Part shown: piece after piece, positions 57,917 to 64,000 of the stretch
How the letters are laid out: the number at the start of each line of letters is the position of its first letter
Position numbering within the stretch: position 1 is the first letter of the stretch
Virus record (IMG/VR): IMGVR_UViG_3300043426_000266
Location: 1-64,000 of that record
DNA length: 64,000 nt
Strand: one strand, 5' to 3'
Notes under the pieces: generated by a model
What the model saw: only the letters and a program-made list of their open reading frames with translations
What the model was told of the DNA's origin: nothing
Databases searched by the model: none
Made by a program: the position numbers and the translations under genes

Positions 57917-58650
57917 TTCAAATAGGACTTTCCTTATTAGATCAAGCTCATGTGGATATCGCTGCCCAAAATATTCAAAGGTTACTAGGTGATTTAAAAC
58001 TCTCTGATATAAGCTTTGAAGAATTTATGGTGGCCTCATTAGATCCAACGAACATTTGCAATCAGGTTATGGATTTAAATGTCTCTCAGATGGTTAATGA
58101 AAACGTGATTGTTAACTGGGATATCCCACATGAGAAAAGTATTCGTTATCTGATTGACTCAATCTCTATGCTCATTTATAACCGTTTGAGTAATAGTAAC
58201 TCGGGTGTTAGACGACTCTGGACAGAAGTTTTTCTTCTAGAAGCATTTAAATACCACCCTGCACAATTAGCAATAATTGCCGCGCCACATCACACACCTT
58301 ATTCGCTTATTGTTGGAGAACAGTATTCCTACTGGGAACCAATGGAAGAAGATACTTTCTTCATTGTAGATGAATCTGTAAACATTAATGACCTCGTAGA
58401 ACAGGAGGAAAACAAACAACTACAAGCTTTTGTTGAAATCTTTAACACATGGGAACCATTAGAACGTGAGCTTGTGGTGAGGATGTTAAACAAAGCTTTG
58501 CGGTGTAAAACACTTTTAGGGTTGCTCACAACCATCAGAGACTCTATATGTCTTAAATGGATGCAGGGTACCCTAAAACATAAGGTTGAATTCAAATCCC
58601 ATAATCTGGTGTTTGCAATTGCCTTTACAACCATCAAAAACATAATTTAG
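57913..58650 (+). CDS. Hypothetical protein
   Basis: ATGA overlap. Confidence 0.7.
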   Translation: MIQIGLSLLDQAHVDIAAQNIQRLLGDLKLSDISFEEFMVASLDPTNICNQVMDLNVSQMVNENVIVNWDIPHEKSIRYLIDSISMLIYNRLSNSNSGVRRLWTEVFLLEAFKYHPAQLAIIAAPHHTPYSLIVGEQYSYWEPMEEDTFFIVDESVNINDLVEQEENKQLQAFVEIFNTWEPLERELVVRMLNKALRCKTLLGLLTTIRDSICLKWMQGTLKHKVEFKSHNLVFAIAFTTIKNII

Positions 58651-58658
58651 GAGCTAAC

Positions 58659-59510
58659 ATGACTTCTCATATCGAAGTTGCTTTAGGTACGTTTCCCGAG
58701 CTCGTGGATGTATTCACAAACGAGTTATTGGGAAATGATATTAATCAGCAGCGTAAAGAAAAACTTATCAGTAAACTTGAAAAAATCAACATACCATGGG
58801 TAGTAATGACAAGCAATATTTACCTACCATCCGCAGGGACAAATTGCCAATATGACGACGAATGGGGTTCACCAAATATTGGAACTCCAAACCCTGTTAC
58901 AGACTACTTGAAAAAGCAATATCGTAAAGTTGGAATTAAAGATGGTACGTTGTTAGTTAGCGGGTTACTTGAAACGGTAAGTCAACTTGATGATGATACA
59001 AAAGTCTTCAAAACCGCTATCCATGTTTTTAGTCACTGGTGGGATTTACCTAGTCAGATTCTTCAACCTTGGCGGGTCTGCCGAATCCCAACGACTTATC
59101 TTCACTATAGAAATGTAGATGGGATTAATGTCGCTGGAATTGATAAATTAAATAGCCTTGCCGATTTAATTGAGCTTGCGAAACTCTATAAAACAGATAA
59201 AGCGGAAGGCATCGCCCAGCATGAAGCGGGTGTTTCTACTTACATTAAATCTCCAGCAATGCGCGCAATATGTAATGTGTTGAACCATATCACCCATGTT
59301 CGCCAATTCAATCGTTTTGCCAAATTCCTGGTGGGTGATGATTTTATTACTGAATTAAAAGATAGTTTACAAAAAAGCGAAATCAGCAAAGCTCAATTGG
59401 AAGAAGAGTTTGAATCCGTTTTGGATACCATTCATGCTGGATTATTTCATACTTCAGTTGATATTCGCCAATTCACTTACCTACGTCTCATTGATTTGTT
59501 GTTGGGATAG
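58659..59510 (+). CDS. Hypothetical protein
   Basis: AGGAG RBS. Confidence 0.7.
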   Translation: MTSHIEVALGTFPELVDVFTNELLGNDINQQRKEKLISKLEKINIPWVVMTSNIYLPSAGTNCQYDDEWGSPNIGTPNPVTDYLKKQYRKVGIKDGTLLVSGLLETVSQLDDDTKVFKTAIHVFSHWWDLPSQILQPWRVCRIPTTYLHYRNVDGINVAGIDKLNSLADLIELAKLYKTDKAEGIAQHEAGVSTYIKSPAMRAICNVLNHITHVRQFNRFAKFLVGDDFITELKDSLQKSEISKAQLEEEFESVLDTIHAGLFHTSVDIRQFTYLRLIDLLLG

Positions 59511-59519
59511 GAGATATTC

Positions 59520-60347
59520 ATGACTTATAGTATTAATGACCTTACCGTGCCTGAGGTAATTGTTTCCCATACCTGGGTCGATAAGACTGAGTTTAGTTTA
59601 CCTAACTATGCTTTTTGGCAAGCAATCACCAATATTTGTACGTCGTTCAACTCGAGTTTTCAAAATGTAGAAAACACGTATCGAGCACATACTGGTGTTA
59701 GTAAGGATACACCATTGATCTTTTTAAAATGGTTCGATGAGATTAGGTTTAGACGATTCCGGGATCGGGTTGCGGATTTATCCAATTTTCAACAGAAAGA
59801 TGATAATGTAGCAAATGCATATATTCAACTTACTATAGATATCTTTATGGATGATCTAACCGCCATTCAAAAGCTTTCTTTGCTATATGCATTGTATAAC
59901 GGGTACTATGGTCGATTGAATGGGTTTCGCCCGGTTTACAAAAGAGGCGGGATGATTGGTTTCACTCGATGCAATTCTGTGGGTTTAACGATCGAAGAGA
60001 TTAATGAAAAACTTGGAACCGCCGAGTTTATCAAAGATCATTCTGAGTTGTCTGGTTTATTTTCAACCTACAAAACAATGAGCCCAATCATTCAAAAGAA
60101 ACACCCGGAAGTAATTGAAGCAACAGATATTGTTTTAAGACAACTTTTAAATTGCAATGATATCCAAACTGGTTTCCAAGCAATCTTGGATTATCTTAAA
60201 ATCGTGACACCCCATCGTGCTGAACGTAAAAGTGACTCTATTGTCATGGTTTATAAGTTAGACTGTGATTGTCACCTGAATGATCCAAACATTGCAATTG
60301 CAATGATCAAACACTGTTTAGTTGAGTTATACAGTATATCTATCTAA
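59520..60347 (+). CDS. Hypothetical protein
   Basis: AGGAG RBS. Confidence 0.7.
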   Translation: MTYSINDLTVPEVIVSHTWVDKTEFSLPNYAFWQAITNICTSFNSSFQNVENTYRAHTGVSKDTPLIFLKWFDEIRFRRFRDRVADLSNFQQKDDNVANAYIQLTIDIFMDDLTAIQKLSLLYALYNGYYGRLNGFRPVYKRGGMIGFTRCNSVGLTIEEINEKLGTAEFIKDHSELSGLFSTYKTMSPIIQKKHPEVIEATDIVLRQLLNCNDIQTGFQAILDYLKIVTPHRAERKSDSIVMVYKLDCDCHLNDPNIAIAMIKHCLVELYSISI

Positions 60348-60353
60348 TTAATC

Positions 60354-60379
60354 TAAGGAGCTTCGGCTCCTTATTTTTT
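60354..60379 (+). terminator. UUCG-loop terminator
   Basis: TAAGGAGC-TTCG-GCTCCTTA plus T tail. Confidence 0.85.
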
Positions 60380-60391
60380 GTTCATGTTTTT

Positions 60392-60940
60392 ATGGTTATG
60401 AAATTGGAGTTAGACATGACAAATAGTAATGAATTAAAGTGGCTTGCACGATATAGAACTCTAGTTGGATTCTTGGTCAATCGTTTTGATAAAGTAAACC
60501 CTATTTTTATCAGCTATATAAATAAAGCATTTAAAGAATCTAAACTGCGGCCTATTTTAATTACCGTTGACTCTTCTTTGTCTGGTGCTCTTCTGGGTGG
60601 TGTGTTTACCTCAGTTGGGATGAGTGGGAAGATTCCGCGTACGTTCTATCGTATAAAAGACTGGCTAGACGCGGGGATTGTTATTAACTCAGCCGCATAT
60701 GGGTGCATTGCTGTTATTAAAACAGAGCAACTAGAATGTGTAGGTATTGTTGTTGGACAAACTTCAAAAGGGTTGATTAAAGTACTTGGTATTCATAGTG
60801 AAGGTGTCGTAAGTATCGAAGACTATAATTTAACGGACATCCTCGGTTATCGCTGGGTTGGAGAAACTAAGACTCCATCTTTATATCGTTACGACTTGCC
60901 TGTGCTAAAACCGGGTTCAATCAAAACTAAATTACCTTAA
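60392..60940 (+). CDS. TIGR02594-like (NlpC/P60-related) protein, catalytically degenerate
   Basis: AYGCIAV...VG.VVG...G...VLG....V.I..Y....ILGYRW...RYDLPVL pattern. Confidence 0.6.
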   Translation: MVMKLELDMTNSNELKWLARYRTLVGFLVNRFDKVNPIFISYINKAFKESKLRPILITVDSSLSGALLGGVFTSVGMSGKIPRTFYRIKDWLDAGIVINSAAYGCIAVIKTEQLECVGIVVGQTSKGLIKVLGIHSEGVVSIEDYNLTDILGYRWVGETKTPSLYRYDLPVLKPGSIKTKLP

Positions 60941-60941
60941 A

Positions 60942-60969
60942 TAAAAGAGAGGCGATCGCCTCTCTTTTA
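60942..60969. terminator. Perfect 28-bp palindromic terminator
   Basis: TAAAAGAGAGGCGATCGCCTCTCTTTTA. Confidence 0.85.
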
Positions 60970-60988
60970 AGTTATGCGCATATTTAAA

Positions 60989-61012
60989 AAGGAGGGGTGT
61001 TAACCCCTCCTT
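60989..61012 (-). terminator. Terminator for the minus-strand operon
   Basis: AAGGAGGGG-TGTTAA-CCCCTCCTT with an upstream A run. Confidence 0.7.
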
Positions 61013-61013
61013 A

Positions 61014-61352
61014 TCACTTTACATCATTATAAACTTCTTTTAACTTAGCAGCAATTCGCATTACCTTTTGAGTAAACGCCGCCTCATCTGGGATGATAAA
61101 ATAACGTTTAGTAATCTCCTCAAGTAAACGATGGAGTTTTACGTTACCTTTACATTTTTGCTGACTATATTCTTTTTCAATCTCATCCATGATAGATGCG
61201 ATCATATACAATAAACCTCGATCTCGAGTATCATCGATAGTAATTCGAATAACCTCATCTTGAATGATTTCTTTTACATCATCAGGCGTGTTTTCAATAT
61301 CATTACTAACTTTGACTATAACGTCGACGATATCCTTAATTTGGATATTCAT
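61014..61352 (-). CDS. Hypothetical protein
   Basis: 112 aa, last gene of the minus-strand operon. Confidence 0.65.
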   Translation of the reverse strand: MNIQIKDIVDVIVKVSNDIENTPDDVKEIIQDEVIRITIDDTRDRGLLYMIASIMDEIEKEYSQQKCKGNVKLHRLLEEITKRYFIIPDEAAFTQKVMRIAAKLKEVYNDVK

Positions 61353-61357
61353 AAGCG

Positions 61358-62146
61358 TTACGCCGCAGAGTGTTCAGTTACAATACAGCGAACAATAGTG
61401 TGTGAATCGTCTGGAGCAAACGTTGTAAGAGTAGTGAATTCTGTATTTAGACCAATTATAGGACCTGTTGGTAGAATTTCAGACCATTCGTCAGAAGTAT
61501 CTCCAATCCGCGGTAAGGTAAACTGAACACTCATATCTTCACCACCGCCTCTGGCATAGTCGAGCATACCCACATTTACAATTGTGTATTGGTAGATACC
61601 ATCAGCTGAGATGTGTTGGTAACCTTGAACAAAATGCAGTTGAGGTTGAGTAGGTGCTGTTAAGTTAATAAAACTGTTATTCAGCGCATCGCGAACATCA
61701 TCACACGATTGGTTTTTGTCAGCACCTAATAATGTTACTTTAAAATAATGACGAAGTGCACAACTACCTGCATCTACCTCACCTTCGTAATAACCAAGAG
61801 AGGTCTCCTTAACTTTTACTTGGAGACCGTCTAAGTAAACGTCATCTGTAGTTACATCGTGACCGTCGATGTTCATTAGTTCAATTACACGCGCTATACC
61901 ACCTTCATCACCCATATAGTTTCCTAAGGTGGGACGAAGGTCAACGCGATTATAAATTAATACTCGTTCTTCTTGAATTCCATTCTCTTCAATAATCGCT
62001 ACAGTTTTTGTATTATAAACATCATATTCCAACTCTTCAACCGAAATAACTTCAATTGCTTTAGCGGTTGGGGATAAGATATCTTTTAACCCCCGATTTT
62101 TTACTGCGTCAGTTTTAATACTGTGTCGTAATTGCGGCATCAACAT
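61358..62146 (-). CDS. Putative virion structural protein, MPQLR/YNRVD/SLGYY paralog family
   Basis: N-terminal half aligns by eye with 5406-6287. Confidence 0.6.
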   Translation of the reverse strand: MLMPQLRHSIKTDAVKNRGLKDILSPTAKAIEVISVEELEYDVYNTKTVAIIEENGIQEERVLIYNRVDLRPTLGNYMGDEGGIARVIELMNIDGHDVTTDDVYLDGLQVKVKETSLGYYEGEVDAGSCALRHYFKVTLLGADKNQSCDDVRDALNNSFINLTAPTQPQLHFVQGYQHISADGIYQYTIVNVGMLDYARGGGEDMSVQFTLPRIGDTSDEWSEILPTGPIIGLNTEFTTLTTFAPDDSHTIVRCIVTEHSAA

Positions 62147-62155
62147 ATCGTACTC

Positions 62156-62677
62156 CTAGTTTGAAAAAGCAACTACTGTAAAAGAGTAGTTACCATCTTG
62201 GTCAAGAACGGGTCTTTTTACAGTCATTTTTAAATTACCCTTTTCGGCAACTCGAATAGATGAATAATTTTCTTCATCAGCCGTCCAAAGGATAAATTTA
62301 AATTTATCCTTATACCACTCTAATGTCTGTAAAGCGATGCCTTGACCTCGAGCGTCTTCGCTCACGTAGATACCACTTAACCGATAATAATCGTTTAGCG
62401 GAGATAGCATGTTAATATCATATTCTTCAGGTGTAACTTTTCTAGGAAAGCTTAGTGCAACTAATTTGTTGTCTTCATTATAAACTTTTAAGAATCCTAA
62501 TAAATCAAAACCATTTTTATTTTTACTCTTGCTTGACTCATATAAACGATTACGAGTTTGCTCAATCGTATAAGATTTACCAATTGTTCTACCTTCATTA
62601 GTAAACGTAGTAGATAACGAATCATGGTACATCTTTACTACGTCTTCATCATATTCAAAATCAATTTTAAATTCCAT
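62156..62677 (-). CDS. GNAT-family acetyltransferase
   Basis: LSGIYVSEDARGQGIA acetyl-CoA motif A and N.SSIRVAEK.N motif B. Confidence 0.85.
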   Translation of the reverse strand: MEFKIDFEYDEDVVKMYHDSLSTTFTNEGRTIGKSYTIEQTRNRLYESSKSKNKNGFDLLGFLKVYNEDNKLVALSFPRKVTPEEYDINMLSPLNDYYRLSGIYVSEDARGQGIALQTLEWYKDKFKFILWTADEENYSSIRVAEKGNLKMTVKRPVLDQDGNYSFTVVAFSN

Positions 62678-62729
62678 TCACGATGCTCCAGCGAGTTCAT
62701 ATCTTAACGATTAATTTGTATTTAATTAC

Positions 62730-62751
62730 AGATATATATTATTTAAATGAG
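62730..62751 (+). promoter_or_regulatory. Early-promoter-like motif (variant)
   Basis: AGATATATATTATTTAAATGAG. Confidence 0.65.
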
Positions 62752-62779
62752 TACAACCCTTCTATTAAGGATTATCAGG

Positions 62780-63391
62780 ATGTCAACAAAACCGTCACTT
62801 ATCAAATTACGTTCAATTGAAACATTATTGGATACTATTCTAAGCGGGAATATTTATAAACAAGCAGTTATCCCTCTGCTTTATGGTGAAGTAACTGGGG
62901 TTAATGATTACACAATAACTGTTCAACATTTGAATAAAACATTTAAACTTCGTACTGATACTATTATTGGTACTGACATGGATAAATTCATTGAACTACT
63001 TCGGTCTCAAGTAGGTGCTTATGGCCGTGCCGGTGCAGATGTGTTTAAAGACCTAACCGACATCAATTCTTTAGAGCTTGCTTTGACGACTGAGAACACG
63101 TTTGCTCGTGGCGGCATTATCTGCACAAGTCGTAAGATTAGTAATGTAGGTGAAGACGGCACGCCAATGATCATGGAATACCGTTTAAATAGCAAGCTTG
63201 TTTTGGTGAATAAAGAAGTTGTGACGCGAGACCCTGACGAGATGTTTGTTTTCCTAGGTTCGTTAGCACGTCGATACTCAATCAACATGCAACGTCCAGA
63301 TGCAAACTGGCACAAAGATGAAGATGAACCAAAGAAAGAAGTTAAACTTAAATCAGGTAGTAACAGCACTCGCCTTACACTTTATGTGTGA
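62780..63391 (+). CDS. Hypothetical early protein
   Basis: Start moved to MSTKPS (AAGGA RBS; the track ATG lies inside the promoter motif). Confidence 0.7.
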   Translation: MSTKPSLIKLRSIETLLDTILSGNIYKQAVIPLLYGEVTGVNDYTITVQHLNKTFKLRTDTIIGTDMDKFIELLRSQVGAYGRAGADVFKDLTDINSLELALTTENTFARGGIICTSRKISNVGEDGTPMIMEYRLNSKLVLVNKEVVTRDPDEMFVFLGSLARRYSINMQRPDANWHKDEDEPKKEVKLKSGSNSTRLTLYV

Positions 63392-63465
63392 ATACGGTCG
63401 CCGCCTTGGCAGCGGCAATGGTCGCAGGTTCGGCAACTGAGGCCGCTACAGCTAAAGAATAATCC

Positions 63466-63487
63466 AGAGGGGGCAATTGCCCCCTCT
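63466..63487. terminator. Perfect 22-bp palindromic terminator
   Basis: AGAGGGGGCAATTGCCCCCTCT. Confidence 0.8.
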
Positions 63488-63520
63488 TTCTCAACTTTAT
63501 ATTATCAAAAGGTATTCGTT

Positions 63521-63940
63521 ATGCAATTCGATAGAATAGTTATGTTCCCAAGTATTCCTAAGAAAAAGAAAGTTAACCTCGAAACAACACGTTTTAAACG
63601 GGAAAGCAAAACCAACTATGGTGACCGTCACCCAAAACAAATTGCTAATATACTTGCATCACGTTTACATGGTGATATCCTTAATCAGTTATATAAAGGC
63701 GAAGACCCCATTACATGTGAACCTGTTGTGCTTGGTGGCTGTATATCACGGGATGGGTTATTAAATTCTTTGCCAAAGGATAGTTATCAACGTAATGCAA
63801 TGTCAGGATGCTCTTTATCGAAAGATAAATGGTTTCATCACTACGCTGCATATATTGATTTACCTCAAACAATTCATCGACCAGAACCTTTAGTCAAATC
63901 TTGCGGTATCAAACCAGTTGAGTTTAAATATGACATCTAA
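63521..63940 (+). CDS. Hypothetical protein
   Basis: 139 aa, AAGG RBS. Confidence 0.65.
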   Translation: MQFDRIVMFPSIPKKKKVNLETTRFKRESKTNYGDRHPKQIANILASRLHGDILNQLYKGEDPITCEPVVLGGCISRDGLLNSLPKDSYQRNAMSGCSLSKDKWFHHYAAYIDLPQTIHRPEPLVKSCGIKPVEFKYDI

Positions 63941-64000
63941 GACTTTAGAAAATCTAGCAGAACTAATCCCACCTATTTACGAGGTGGGGTTTAGTAGCTT
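63930..64000 (+). CDS. Partial ORF running off the window edge
   Basis: MTSKTLENLAELIPPIYEVGFSS..., overlapping the upstream stop. Confidence 0.4.
   Translation, partial: MTSKTLENLAELIPPIYEVGFSS

Noticed and set aside
57125-60347. Four similar-sized ORFs as a paralog array
   Set aside because: Only a faint L..C.T...L pattern; cannot be supported without profile comparison.
880-63369. Numerous antisense or alternate-frame ORFs in the track (e.g. 880-1251, 3129-3401, 31443-31700, 58329-58643, 63019-63369)
   Set aside because: They lie wholly within long, well-supported genes and have no RBS or recognisable motifs; they are shadows.
1-64000. tRNA genes, CRISPR array, introns/inteins, stop-codon reassignment
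   Set aside because: No T-loop/cloverleaf or spacer-separated repeats were seen by eye, and core genes are uninterrupted under the standard code. tRNAscan-SE and CRISPR finders were not run.

Overview
An AT-rich 64-kb segment of a phiKZ-like jumbo phage (probably Chimalliviridae). The family call and the phiKZ gene equivalences come from recognised motifs and recalled synteny, not from a database search. Core genes: three internal-head paralogs, a baseplate/structural cluster, DnaB-like helicase, major capsid protein, a split RNA polymerase beta subunit, portal, long tail fibre with chaperone, RuvC-like resolvase, central spike, SbcC-like ATPase and NAD-dependent ligase. Accessory genes include a DHH phosphoesterase, thymidylate kinase, MazG-like pyrophosphatase and a GNAT. 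The transcription signals can be read directly: nine copies of a 22-bp early-promoter-like motif, a TATGA late-promoter motif 24-28 nt before late start codons, and many terminators, with 15 perfect 20-34-bp palindromes in total. The most notable features are (i) two tandem accessory fibre + chaperone cassettes sharing a near-identical 109-bp 5' anchor, (ii) two apparent pseudoenzymes (an S74 chaperone domain lacking its Ser-Lys dyad next to the spike gene, and a TIGR02594-like amidase lacking Cys/His), (iii) a 45-aa cluster with 10 His and 6 Cys in a structural protein, (iv) a dispersed structural paralog family with decaying copies, and (v) structured leaders and unannotated microproteins. 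I found no tRNA, CRISPR array, reverse transcriptase, intron or intein by eye. A Moraxellaceae (Acinetobacter-like) host is only a weak inference.
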